Numbered from the stretch's first letter, positions 29,447-39,574 are shown. The stretch: DNA of 64,000 bases from Bacteroidia bacterium (GCA_965216465.1 CBDCFW010000006.1:832001-896000), one strand, 5' to 3'. Translations and numbers: made by a program. Notes: generated by a model not told the origin, from the letters alone.

Positions 29447-29632
29447 TTATTCGCCTACTTTAGGTTCTAATACCTGAACACCGCGGTACATTCCGGTTTC
29501 AAGGTTTAGCCTATGGTAAAGGTGAACTTCTCCAGTAGATGGATCTCTGTGAAGCTGTCTGTTGCCTAATTTGTAATGAGTTCTTCTCTTGTCTCTTCTC
29601 GTTTTCGAGATTTTACGTTTAGGATGTGCCAT
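29447..29632 (-). CDS. rpmF: 50S ribosomal protein L32
   Basis: [19 protein letters not shown]. Confidence 0.97.
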   Translation of the reverse strand: MAHPKRKISKTRRDKRRTHYKLGNRQLHRDPSTGEVHLYHRLNLETGMYRGVQVLEPKVGE

Positions 29633-29635
29633 TTT

Positions 29636-30130
29636 CTATTCTATTAGTTTTTTTAATACGTCCCACCGATCATCCGTTGGCTTCTCAACTTCAGGAGATT
29701 GATAGTTTAATTCACATTGGTCTTTGGTTTGTGAAACTTCACATAGTTTTCGTACGGGCATGTTCAAGCAAATGAGCTCGTAAATGCTATCATACGTAGA
29801 GTATACTTGATGATTTACTGCAAGGTAGTTTTCTTCTTGTAATAACTCTTCATTTCCGGTTAATTTAAGCACCACTTTGTTGGTTGCATCTATGTCGATT
29901 TTAATCGGTTTCAAGCAACGCTCGCAATTGGTGTTTATATATCCAACTATATGATAGTCAATACTAACCGTGGCATCTTTCTTTTCACACTGCAGTGTTA
30001 CAGTGAGGTCACCAGATTGGTACAAACTATTTTCTTTTAAACCAAAGAACGCATCTTCTATTTTCAAAGATATACTATCCTTTTCGTTTTTGAATTTAAT
30101 AAAATCAATATCAAAATCGGACAGCTTCAC
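29636..30130 (-). CDS. YceD/DUF177 family protein
   Basis: CERCL, terminal DDRWDVLKKL; sits upstream of rpmF. Confidence 0.88.
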   Translation of the reverse strand: MKLSDFDIDFIKFKNEKDSISLKIEDAFFGLKENSLYQSGDLTVTLQCEKKDATVSIDYHIVGYINTNCERCLKPIKIDIDATNKVVLKLTGNEELLQEENYLAVNHQVYSTYDSIYELICLNMPVRKLCEVSQTKDQCELNYQSPEVEKPTDDRWDVLKKLIE

Positions 30131-30180
30131 TTCAAAAAGGGTGCAAATTTAATAAATTTACACTTATTATTAACAAGAAA

Positions 30181-31257
30181 TCAATTTAAATCAGGCACAC
30201 CAATACTAAACTTCTCTCTTCTATGCTCTTTGTACCTAAGCGGGGTTACAGATTTGTCGTAGAAGCTTAGCCTGTTTCGGTGAATTTTATTGATTAGAAA
30301 CAGTGCGTTTACAAATGAAGAAGGGTCAGCTAAACCTTTACCAGCAATGTCGTATGCCGTTCCGTGATCAGGCGATGTTCTTATGAATGGAAGTCCTGCA
30401 GTATAGTTTACTCCTGATGAGAAGGCTTGTTGTTTGAAAGGAATTAAAACCTGGTCGTGATACATGCCCAATACTCCATCAAAATTTTTAACATTATCAG
30501 ATCCAAAAAATCCGTCAGGGGCATATGGGCCGATAGCCATTATTTCATTTTCTTGAGCTGTTTTGATCGCAGGTGCAATAAGATCAATTTCTTCAGTACC
30601 CATCAAACCGTTATCACCAGAGTGTGGATTTATTCCTAACACCGCAATTTTTGGTTTCGAAATGGCAAAATCTGATTTTAAATGTTCGTGAAGTTCGGTA
30701 ATAGCATCTACTATTTTTTCAGAGCTCAAATTGGCGCTTACAGCATTCAAAGGAGTGTGTCCGGTAACCATGGCTACGCGCAAATCGTCATCGAGCAAAA
30801 TCATTTGAACGTTTGATTCAAATTTCTCTGCAAAATATTGCGTATGCCCATTGAATGCTAAGCCCGCATCTACGGTGCTTTTTTTATCAATCGGAGCAGT
30901 AAGTATGTTATGAATAATGCCATCTTTTATATCTTCAACGGCTAATTCTAATGCGTCTAATGCAAATTTCCCGGCCTCAGTACTTGGTTCACCTGGGGTG
31001 ATGTTTATTCGATCGCGGTTGCAAATTCGAATATTTACAGCATCCTCTTTAATATCACTCTTTTTACGAACAATATTGAAGTTTATCGGAGCGATATCCA
31101 GTAAGGAGGCATAGTGCTTAAACAGATAGGGCGTGCCATACACTACTGGCGTGCAGTAGTTGAGTACCAAGCTAGTGCTCAGAGTTCTCAAGATAAGCTC
31201 CGGACCTATACCATTAAAATCGCCAACGGTTATGCCTACGCTAAGTTTTTCGCTCAT
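30181..31257 (-). CDS. pdxA: 4-hydroxythreonine-4-phosphate dehydrogenase
   Basis: GDFNGIGPE, TAPIDK, GHT, INPHSGD, MYHDQ, RTSPDHGTAYDIAG. Confidence 0.95.
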   Translation of the reverse strand: MSEKLSVGITVGDFNGIGPELILRTLSTSLVLNYCTPVVYGTPYLFKHYASLLDIAPINFNIVRKKSDIKEDAVNIRICNRDRINITPGEPSTEAGKFALDALELAVEDIKDGIIHNILTAPIDKKSTVDAGLAFNGHTQYFAEKFESNVQMILLDDDLRVAMVTGHTPLNAVSANLSSEKIVDAITELHEHLKSDFAISKPKIAVLGINPHSGDNGLMGTEEIDLIAPAIKTAQENEIMAIGPYAPDGFFGSDNVKNFDGVLGMYHDQVLIPFKQQAFSSGVNYTAGLPFIRTSPDHGTAYDIAGKGLADPSSFVNALFLINKIHRNRLSFYDKSVTPLRYKEHRREKFSIGVPDLN

Positions 31258-31286
31258 AGGTAGGCAAAGGTAGGTTTTCTTACCGA

Positions 31287-31754
31287 TTAAGAAATAAGTT
31301 TTTGCCTGAGCATGAATTCAAGCTGTTGGTTGGTTTCAACCAGTCTTGATTTCATAAGGTGGTCTTGTTTCTTTTCTTGGTTTGCGTAAAAGGATGCTTC
31401 AATAGTTTGTGTTAAATCGTCTTTAACCCAAGGCTTGGTTAAAAATCTAAACACTTCACATCGATTTATAGCCTCAATCACAATATTAATGTCGTTACAT
31501 CCTGTAATTAAGATCCTTCCAATATGTGGATGCTCAGTCTTTAATCGCTCTAAAAGATCGACTCCAGAAATGTCTGGCATCATGTGGTCGGTAATTACAA
31601 CATCAATCTCATTAGCCTCAATAATTTCAAGGGCTTTAGCAGCACCATCGGCTAAGTGTACATTGAAAATTTTACGAAAATTTGCTCTGAAAGCTGTAAG
31701 ATTTTGTGCTTCATCGTCAACGTAAAGCACGGAAATGATTTTGTTTAAATCCAT
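31287..31754 (-). CDS. Stand-alone response regulator receiver with C-terminal coiled coil
   Basis: YVDDE, VITDHMMP, LITG, FLTKPW; no DNA-binding domain; TATATTTG promoter element at 31779-31786 (minus). Confidence 0.9.
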   Translation of the reverse strand: MDLNKIISVLYVDDEAQNLTAFRANFRKIFNVHLADGAAKALEIIEANEIDVVITDHMMPDISGVDLLERLKTEHPHIGRILITGCNDINIVIEAINRCEVFRFLTKPWVKDDLTQTIEASFYANQEKKQDHLMKSRLVETNQQLEFMLRQKLIS

Positions 31755-31837
31755 GGTTATCAATAAATAGTAGTACTACAAATATACATTAAATGTTGAT
31801 AACTGCAAAACTTGGATGTATTTATATAGATGTTTGT

Positions 31838-34090
31838 ATGATTACAATGACATATAAACCGCATTTCTATAGATTAACTAATTATGATGAAAGCTCCGCT
31901 TTTGAGCAACTAATTCGCGATAAATCTCCAAGGAAAATTGACACAATTGCCTCACAGTTAAGGGAATTGGTGCTTTGTCAAAATCCGAGCATTGCTAAAT
32001 CTGACCCTAAAGTCAACGAACTTATTAGCGAAAAATTGAATTCCGTTGATGGAAAATCTGACCATTATGGCGTGTGGGTTTACTATTCTTGGAGCAACAC
32101 ACTTATTCACATTCTTGATGAGAAAGAATTTATTGAAGTTCGAACGAATCGAAACAACTATAAAATTACACCTGAAGAACAAGAGAAGCTCAGATCTAAA
32201 GTTATAGGCATCGCTGGATTGTCAGTTGGCCGATCTGCTGCAGTCACTCTTGCTCTTGAACGTGTGGGCGGTGAAATACGTTTGGCTGACTTTGACGAAT
32301 TAGAATTGTCGAATCTCAACAGAATTAAAGCACCCTTGGCATGCATAGGATTGAATAAAGCCATTTCTACGGCACGTGAGATTGCTGAAATGGACCCATT
32401 TATTAATGTTGTGTGCTTTGACCAAGGATTGAATGAAGCAAACCTCCACGAGTTTTTTACCCAGGGAAGTAAGCTTGATCTTTTTGTAGAAGAATGCGAT
32501 GACATCAAAATCAAAATTCTATCGAGACAGAAAGCCAAAGAATTACAGGTTCCTGTAATTATGGAAACAAGTGATAATTGCATTATCGATATTGAGCGAT
32601 TTGATCTAGAACCAGAACGTCCGATAATTCATGGTCAGCTAGAAGGCTTGAGTCTAGAACAAGTAAAAGAACTCAAAACTCAAGAAGAAAAGCTGCCTTT
32701 TATTACTCGATTTTCAGGAGTTGATACTTTATCGCCACGAATGAAAAGTTCAATGATCGAAATTGAACGCACTATTCGTACTTGGCCTCAACTCGCATCG
32801 GATGTAACTTATGGAGCAGGCTTAGTAACTTATATGAGTCGAGAAATTTTGCTTGGACATCTATCCGAATCAGGTAGATATTCAGGTGATATCAAAGATA
32901 TTTTCAAACAGAAAATGAATGCTCCAAAGCAAAGCAGCGGAGCAATTTTATCAACTAATGAGCAAGTTGGAGCAGTTATTAAGCGATTAAAGCCCATTGG
33001 CACAAGGAGTGAAGTTGAAATTCCAAAATCAATTCTAGAGAAAATGGTTAAGGACTCGCTACGTGCTACTACTTTAGGTAACTTACAAATGCTGAATTAT
33101 GCCTATATCAATAATGTACTTTACCTTCTTTACGATAAAGAAAGAGGATACTCCTTCTCAGATATGTATGGTATCGGCTCGAAAATTAGTCTTGGTGCAA
33201 TTTTAGAAGGATTGAACGTGAGTGCGGCTTATCATGGATATGCATTGGACATCAATTACCACCCTCATGCAGAAATAGAAGAGGTGGCTGCAGAAATTGT
33301 ATTTGAACCAAAAACCAAAAACGGTTATCCAACTGAATCGGAATACCTATCACTGCACGAACGCTATACGGACCGAAGCAGATCTAACAATGGCAAAGTT
33401 TTAGGCAGCAAAATTGATCAACTAAATGTGTCGTTAGCCGATACAAACACCAGACTTCAGTATATTGATGATAGCAACAAAGTAGAGGCACTTTCGTCTA
33501 TACTGGCTGAAATTGATCGCATTCGAATTCAGTATAAAAACACACACGCAGACTTATTTAATGAGCTGAAATTCCCGAAAGAAGGACAAGAGCTTAAGGA
33601 GGGGATTAATATCGACGAAGTTGATTTGAAACCATCAGAAAAGGTGGGCTTCCAAATGACTAAGGACTATAGAGCTATTGAATTACTTAATGATTTAGAT
33701 TTAGGATCTAGGTTAGGAGAATTAACGTCGCAATTCATATCAACTTCCAGCGGTGTAGGATTGCTTACAATTAATAAGCAGTTGGCGAATCAATTTTATG
33801 AGGGTGGAAGAGTTGTACAACGATTTTGGATGAAGTGTAGTGAATTGGGTGTGGCATTACATCCTTTTACGGCATTAATGTTCTTCCATGAGCATATTAA
33901 GCGAGGAAATATTGAAAGCCCTTACAAAGAGAGGCTAGAAAATAAAATCAACGAGTTTTATTCATATTTCGAGCTTGAAGATGAAATGTCTGAGCTGTTT
34001 ATTTTCAGGTTGCTCAATCCTGATAAATCAAGTACGAAGAAAGTTACTACTAAAAGAAGAGATATAGATGAAATATTATTCACCGAATAA
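31838..34090 (+). CDS. Rv1355c/MoeY-like ThiF (E1-like) adenylating enzyme fused to a nitroreductase-like domain (OxzB-like)
   Basis: WVYYSW...RTNRN..KIT.EEQ, GIAGLSVG, RLADFDELELSNLNRI, VEECD, WPQLASDV; C-terminal ERYTDRS and GGRVVQRFWMKCSELGVALHP. Start could be 31793, 31838 or 31847. Confidence 0.85.
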   Translation: MITMTYKPHFYRLTNYDESSAFEQLIRDKSPRKIDTIASQLRELVLCQNPSIAKSDPKVNELISEKLNSVDGKSDHYGVWVYYSWSNTLIHILDEKEFIEVRTNRNNYKITPEEQEKLRSKVIGIAGLSVGRSAAVTLALERVGGEIRLADFDELELSNLNRIKAPLACIGLNKAISTAREIAEMDPFINVVCFDQGLNEANLHEFFTQGSKLDLFVEECDDIKIKILSRQKAKELQVPVIMETSDNCIIDIERFDLEPERPIIHGQLEGLSLEQVKELKTQEEKLPFITRFSGVDTLSPRMKSSMIEIERTIRTWPQLASDVTYGAGLVTYMSREILLGHLSESGRYSGDIKDIFKQKMNAPKQSSGAILSTNEQVGAVIKRLKPIGTRSEVEIPKSILEKMVKDSLRATTLGNLQMLNYAYINNVLYLLYDKERGYSFSDMYGIGSKISLGAILEGLNVSAAYHGYALDINYHPHAEIEEVAAEIVFEPKTKNGYPTESEYLSLHERYTDRSRSNNGKVLGSKIDQLNVSLADTNTRLQYIDDSNKVEALSSILAEIDRIRIQYKNTHADLFNELKFPKEGQELKEGINIDEVDLKPSEKVGFQMTKDYRAIELLNDLDLGSRLGELTSQFISTSSGVGLLTINKQLANQFYEGGRVVQRFWMKCSELGVALHPFTALMFFHEHIKRGNIESPYKERLENKINEFYSYFELEDEMSELFIFRLLNPDKSSTKKVTTKRRDIDEILFTE

Positions 34091-34778
34091 AGTGCTGACG
34101 GCGGCTCGAAAGATTAAAATCTTTGGTTTTTGGGCAAAAGACAACCCTGACTATTGCAATATTTTTGAATATGGTCATAGAAAGGTACTCACAGACCATG
34201 GGTTGAACCTGACCTCAAATAACAACGATTGGAAAACGCAAGAGAATGTGTTTGTATTCTTGGCATTTGAAGGAAACACACCGGTTGGAGGTATTCGGTT
34301 TGAAAAATATGACCCGCGTTACAAACTTTCAGTTGAACGAGCACTACACATGCATGACAAGAACATCATGGAATCAATCAAGGAGAATAACCTTGGTGAA
34401 TTTGGAGAGGCCTGCGGCTTATGGAATGACAAAATCGTGTCTGGTGAAGGACTATCCGTAGTGCTATCTCATCTGTGCTTTATTTACGCACCCATGCTGG
34501 CTTGTGATCACATGATAGCCTTCAATGGAATCTATACTTACAAGATTTCACGAAGTATGGGAGGCCAAATTGTCGATAACATCGGTGATGAAGGCATTTT
34601 CAAATATCCAAACGAACGATTCAAGTCGGCGGTCTGGAAATTTGATCTACAGAACTTCCAAGGAACAACCAAAGAATTTGAACAGCGTGTGTTGCAATTG
34701 AGAAAGAATATAGAACCCGAGTTTATTGTAAATAATACCAAGAATGGACTACATATTAAGTTGTCAAACAAAATTTAA
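34068..34778 (+). CDS. Putative GNAT-fold N-acyl amino acid synthase/acyltransferase (Rv1356c/FeeM-like)
   Basis: VFLAFEGNTPVGGIRF beta-strand, GEACGLW, MGGQ, YPNERF segments resemble Rv1356c-type proteins as I recall them; overlaps the ThiF gene. Confidence 0.62.
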   Translation: MKYYSPNKVLTAARKIKIFGFWAKDNPDYCNIFEYGHRKVLTDHGLNLTSNNNDWKTQENVFVFLAFEGNTPVGGIRFEKYDPRYKLSVERALHMHDKNIMESIKENNLGEFGEACGLWNDKIVSGEGLSVVLSHLCFIYAPMLACDHMIAFNGIYTYKISRSMGGQIVDNIGDEGIFKYPNERFKSAVWKFDLQNFQGTTKEFEQRVLQLRKNIEPEFIVNNTKNGLHIKLSNKI

Positions 34779-36915
34779 ATCACTAATAAAGAAGGGGTTA
34801 ATTGTTCTATTTGCCTTTCTTTCTTTACAATCTTTTTCACAAGAGGTAGTAACCATTCAGGCTGCTGATACTTCATTTCAAGTAGAAGGCGAGAAGGTAT
34901 ACCATGGTCTTTTAGCAAATGCTGACATGCTTAAAGACTCTATTGCAACGATGGAGTGGGTGACATTCAACGCAACCAAGACTTTCAACTTAACTGAGGC
35001 ACATACTGACCACGTTCTCCGTGTAACATTAAACAACGAATCTGCTGAAGAAAATTGGCATATAACCATTCCTGCCCCTCATTTAGACTCTGTAACCTTG
35101 GTTTATAACCTCGAAACCGAAAGTCCAGTTAAGCTATTGTCAGGAGACATGGTCTGTAGATCTGAACGACAAATTGATGATGCAAGTCACTCATTCGCAG
35201 TGCAAATCCCAAAGGGTGAAACGAAAACATTTTATGTGATTGTAAGAAGCGACGGTGCCAAAGTAATGCCGATAGTGATTGAATCACAACAAGCATTTTA
35301 CGCTGGAGTGTCTACTCGAAACATATTCTTCGGGATTTTCTCGGGTATCATGGTTATCATGTTTGTATACAACCTAATTGTATTCTCATATACACGTGAT
35401 AAGAACTATTTGTACTACATTTTTTATGTACTATTTATTTTCTTGGCTCAGTCTAACCTACTTGGAATCAGTTATTACTTTGCTGGATATTCGCCAACCA
35501 TTAATAACTTATTGATGTATGTTGGGAGTGCTGTGTCAGGGGTGTTTGGAGGACTATTTCTACGACACTTCTTAAAAACCTATATCACGGTTCCTAAGTT
35601 GAATTTTATGCTATCTGTGGTAATTGCAGTGTACATTGTTCAACTCTTGTTGGCCCTTCTCGGTTTCTTTGAATTTAGCTTTATCCTTATACAACTTGCT
35701 GGCTTCTTGGTCGTGATCACATTTGCGTCAATCTCAATTAAGCTTTCTATAGCAGGAGAGCGGTTTGCTAAGATATATCTTGTTGCGTGGACGCCAATTT
35801 TTGTAGGATTAGTATTCTTAATTCTCAGAGATAGCGGCGTGTTGCCTTTCACAGATTTGATCAATAATATGTTCCCTGTTGGTGTGATTTTAGAAACGGT
35901 AATGCTGTCTCTAGCATTGGCTAATCAGATTACTGTGCTTAAACGCGATAAGGAAACAGCAAATCAGCGAGTAATTGAAGAAGTGAAAAAGAATGAAGAG
36001 CTGGTTAGAAATCAAAACATTGTACTTGAAGAGAAAGTGGCACTTAGAACCCAAGAGTTAGAAAGTGCCCTTAATAATCTTAAATCGACTCAATCTCAAC
36101 TGGTGCAATCTGAAAAGATGGCATCTCTGGGTGTGCTCACCGCTGGAATTGCACACGAGATTAATAATCCGATAAATTTTGTAACGGCAAATGTTATCCC
36201 GTTAAGAGAAAATATCGAGTCTTTGAGCGACCTCCTTTCAGAGTATAAAAATATTGATAGAAGCAATTTTGAAGACGAGCTTGCTCGAATCGAAAAGAAG
36301 GAAGAAGAAGTTGAGCTTGATTACATCTTAAAGGAGACTGACGAGTTAATTAATGGTATTGAAGAAGGAGCAAAACGTACCCATACCATTGTTGATGGAC
36401 TAAAAACCTTCAGTAGGGGAGATGCTGGTTCAAATAGTCTTGCAGACCTTAATGTTGGTATTAACAGTACGCTATCGGTACTTAAAAGTCGTTTAAATGG
36501 AGTCAAAGTAACTAAACAGCTTGCTTCTGATCTTCCAAGAATTAATTGTCAAATTGGTAAAATAAACCAAGTATTTTTAAATCTGGTAAACAATGCACTC
36601 GACGCATTGGAAATTGTAAATGGTCCAAATTCTAATCAATCTAATATCGTAATTAAGTCTTATTCAAAAGAGGATAAGATATACGTTGAAATTCAAGATG
36701 ATGGTAATGGAATCAGTGAAAATGACCAAAAGAAAATATTTGAGCCATTTTTTACCACCAAGCCAATTGGAAAAGGAACAGGTTTAGGGCTATCTATTTC
36801 GTACGGAATAATTGAAGAACATCATGGTGAAATGAAGCTGGAATCTGAAGTGGGCAAAGGCACCACATTTACCGTTATTATTCCTGTAACTGATGACGAG
36901 AGCGAGCCTCTTTAA
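34744..36915 (+). CDS. 7TM-DISM sensor histidine kinase
   Basis: Signal peptide, DISMED2-like periplasmic domain, 7 TM helices (MFVYNLIVF, YLYYIFY, YLVAW, LSLALA), EKMASLGVLTAGIAHEINNP, QVFLNLVNNALDA, FEPFFTTKPIGKGTGLGLS. Confidence 0.93.
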   Translation: MDYILSCQTKFKSLIKKGLIVLFAFLSLQSFSQEVVTIQAADTSFQVEGEKVYHGLLANADMLKDSIATMEWVTFNATKTFNLTEAHTDHVLRVTLNNESAEENWHITIPAPHLDSVTLVYNLETESPVKLLSGDMVCRSERQIDDASHSFAVQIPKGETKTFYVIVRSDGAKVMPIVIESQQAFYAGVSTRNIFFGIFSGIMVIMFVYNLIVFSYTRDKNYLYYIFYVLFIFLAQSNLLGISYYFAGYSPTINNLLMYVGSAVSGVFGGLFLRHFLKTYITVPKLNFMLSVVIAVYIVQLLLALLGFFEFSFILIQLAGFLVVITFASISIKLSIAGERFAKIYLVAWTPIFVGLVFLILRDSGVLPFTDLINNMFPVGVILETVMLSLALANQITVLKRDKETANQRVIEEVKKNEELVRNQNIVLEEKVALRTQELESALNNLKSTQSQLVQSEKMASLGVLTAGIAHEINNPINFVTANVIPLRENIESLSDLLSEYKNIDRSNFEDELARIEKKEEEVELDYILKETDELINGIEEGAKRTHTIVDGLKTFSRGDAGSNSLADLNVGINSTLSVLKSRLNGVKVTKQLASDLPRINCQIGKINQVFLNLVNNALDALEIVNGPNSNQSNIVIKSYSKEDKIYVEIQDDGNGISENDQKKIFEPFFTTKPIGKGTGLGLSISYGIIEEHHGEMKLESEVGKGTTFTVIIPVTDDESEPL

Positions 36916-37945
36916 TAATTCCTCGAATCCAAATAGGAAATACAATAATTCCCAAGAATAAATACGGGAAGTAACTAATTAATCGCCACAAAACGGAGGT
37001 ACTGTTTGCCAACTGTGGGTTGCTGAAGTATTCCCCCAAAAATGCAGGAAAAAGCAACTCCGCGAGACCACTTGCACCTGGAGTTACAGGCAACATTAAG
37101 GCTCCCCACATGATTAATTGACGAGCAAATATCTCAAGCACTTCTGTTCCGTGACCAAATGCTAAAATCAAGAAGTTTACTAAGGCAAAGCGAGCAGTCC
37201 AAGAAAATAGGGTCGCTCCAAATGCTTTAAACCAAAAAGGTCTTCTTTTTAGTCTAAATTCTTCTGACGCTACCAATAACTCATCACCCCAAACCTTAGC
37301 ATTTTCTTTCCATCTTCTTAGTAATGGAAGTCTAAAAATCCCTTTTAGAATACCACTTACAACTTGGGGACGTATGAAAATCCCGACATAAACAACAACA
37401 GCCCAAACGATGAGAATAACGTAAGATGCGATGAAGTATCCTTTCATCAACGAGCCACTGAAAACCCCAATCTGACCCGGAATTTGACTATTAAGTCCAG
37501 TAAAAATTAGAAGAAGTGGAACAGCTAGAACATAGAACAATACGTCTAAATAAGATGTAGCGAGAACAATAGCTGTAGATTTTCCTGTTCCAAGTTTTTT
37601 CTCTTGTGCCAGTAAGATAAAGGCTGCAGCGGTGCCTCCAACTATTCCCGGTGAAATTGCCGAAGAGAATTCCCAGAGCACAACAAGGTGAAAGCACTTT
37701 CTCCAACTCAATTTTTCATCACTTAAAATCCGAAGGCGGTATACGTATCCCAAGAAACGGAATCCGACCATGATTAAAGCAAGGATAAACCAAAAAAGTA
37801 CATTAACTCCCCAGTCTATGTCTTTGTAGGCATTTGGATCAAAATCTCGATAGAAAAAATAGAACACAACAGCGACCCCTATAACGATAGGAATTATGAG
37901 GTTACGTCCCTCAAAATATTTTCGCAGTTGTCGTACTGAACTCAA
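36878..37945 (-). CDS. Lysylphosphatidylglycerol synthase TM (UPF0104/flippase-like) membrane protein
   Basis: Polytopic; SAISPGIVGG, PVTPGASGLAE, LWRLISY. Confidence 0.85.
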   Translation of the reverse strand: MSSVRQLRKYFEGRNLIIPIVIGVAVVFYFFYRDFDPNAYKDIDWGVNVLFWFILALIMVGFRFLGYVYRLRILSDEKLSWRKCFHLVVLWEFSSAISPGIVGGTAAAFILLAQEKKLGTGKSTAIVLATSYLDVLFYVLAVPLLLIFTGLNSQIPGQIGVFSGSLMKGYFIASYVILIVWAVVVYVGIFIRPQVVSGILKGIFRLPLLRRWKENAKVWGDELLVASEEFRLKRRPFWFKAFGATLFSWTARFALVNFLILAFGHGTEVLEIFARQLIMWGALMLPVTPGASGLAELLFPAFLGEYFSNPQLANSTSVLWRLISYFPYLFLGIIVFPIWIRGIIKEARSRHQLQE

Positions 37946-39402
37946 GTCAATGCGTTTACTTTTTGTCCTTGTGCTAATGAATATTTACGCTCACCGTTGA
38001 TGGTAATCAACATTTCAATAGAGCCTATAGTAAGGAAGTCGTACATACGAATAGCTTGCTCCATGAAGCGTTTTTTCTTTACTTCCTTGGTTGTGTTCTT
38101 TTCAATTCTAACTACATATGTATTTACAAGGTCAGTGAACACAGACCCTTCAGGCCATACTTGTGTACCACGGTTTGTAATAGTTGTAACTTCCATGTCT
38201 TCATCCAAGTTGGCTTGAGCAATTGCAGCAATTCTTTCGGGTTGCTCTTCAGACTCAATAAATAAATCGATACCTACCGTTTCAATCACATCGTCACTGG
38301 CAACAAGCATTCTATTGCTGTCTAACATTTGTGGTTTGTGATGCTTTTCGGCATCGTGGTCGGTAATGTTTGAAATATCAAGTTCATTTATTACGGCTTG
38401 TGCAAATTCTTTGGTACCTAAAGCGTTTGCTCTATCGGCTCCAAAATCTCCAGTATGAATTCCTTTGTCAATGGCGTCTAAAAGTGCTTTACGAATTGCG
38501 TAGCCGTACTCTTCTAATCCCATTTGGTTAAGCATCATCGTTCCGCTAAGCAATAACGAAGTAGGATTAGCTAAATTTTTTCCTGCAATGTCAGGGGCGG
38601 TTCCGTGAACAGCCTCAAATATTTTAATATGGTCTCCAAGGTTTGCAGATGGCGCAAATCCTAAACCACCAACAAGCCCGGCACAAAGATCTGAAACAAT
38701 GTCTCCTTGTAGGTTGGTTAAAACAACACACTGAAATTTATCAGGCTCGTAAACCAACTTCATGCAAAGTGCATCTACAATTACATCATCAGCTTCAATT
38801 TGAGGATAGTCTTTAGCAATCTCATAAAATGTATCGAGGAACATTCCATCTGTTAACTTCATGATGTTTGCTTTGTGCCCACAAGTTACACGTGTATATC
38901 CCTCTTTGATAGCAGTTTCAAAAGCAGAACGAATCACTTGCTGAGATCCAGGGCGTGATATAATTCTACGGCTAACAGCAACATCTTTTGTCATATAGTG
39001 CTCAATTCCTCCGTATGTATCTTCGATGTTTTCCCTAACAATTGTAATATCAATAGGAATTCCAGCCTTGCTAAATACCGTGTCAACGCCTTTAATCGAT
39101 TTGAACTTTCTGATGTTCGAATGGGTATTCCAAGTTTTACGGGCGGTAACATTGATACTTTTTACCCCACCGCCTTTTGGTGTTTCCATCGGACCTTTGA
39201 ATAAAACTCCAGTGTTCTCAACACTAACCTTTGCTTCATCTGTCATTCCCGTAGTGAAACCTTGGTCGTAAACACCTTTTCCCATAGCTACAAAATCGTA
39301 ATCTAAAGGAACATTTGCGGCGTTGAAGATGTCGAGAACGGCGTCCATAATTTCAGGACCGATTCCGTCCCCTTTTGCTACTGATATTTTTACTTTATCC
39401 AT
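37942..39402 (-). CDS. icd: NADP-dependent isocitrate dehydrogenase with C-terminal extension
   Basis: GDGIGPEI, KGPMETP, SINVTARK, RENIED, HKANIMK, NLQGDIVSD, FEAVHGTAPDIAG; ATG at 39402. Confidence 0.93.
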   Translation of the reverse strand: MDKVKISVAKGDGIGPEIMDAVLDIFNAANVPLDYDFVAMGKGVYDQGFTTGMTDEAKVSVENTGVLFKGPMETPKGGGVKSINVTARKTWNTHSNIRKFKSIKGVDTVFSKAGIPIDITIVRENIEDTYGGIEHYMTKDVAVSRRIISRPGSQQVIRSAFETAIKEGYTRVTCGHKANIMKLTDGMFLDTFYEIAKDYPQIEADDVIVDALCMKLVYEPDKFQCVVLTNLQGDIVSDLCAGLVGGLGFAPSANLGDHIKIFEAVHGTAPDIAGKNLANPTSLLLSGTMMLNQMGLEEYGYAIRKALLDAIDKGIHTGDFGADRANALGTKEFAQAVINELDISNITDHDAEKHHKPQMLDSNRMLVASDDVIETVGIDLFIESEEQPERIAAIAQANLDEDMEVTTITNRGTQVWPEGSVFTDLVNTYVVRIEKNTTKEVKKKRFMEQAIRMYDFLTIGSIEMLITINGERKYSLAQGQKVNALT

Positions 39403-39574
39403 ATGTCTTTTTTGAAAGAGCTGCAAAGGTAGCAAAGTTATAGCCAAGTTCTAGCGATTTGGGCACACTTTTTGTGCGTTTGGAAATGCGTTAAAATGCT
39501 GATTTATATTAGTGTTTATGGTAGAATATGCTACTTTTGCAGGTTCTTAATATAAGCGAGAAAGATTTTATTAA

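Noticed and set aside
31838-34090. ThiF protein as a ubiquitin-like/CBASS E1 or a MoeB/ThiF cofactor enzyme
   Set aside because: No E2, JAB, Ubl, ThiS or MoaD neighbours. The GLSVG motif and nitroreductase fusion fit the Rv1355c/OxzB type instead.
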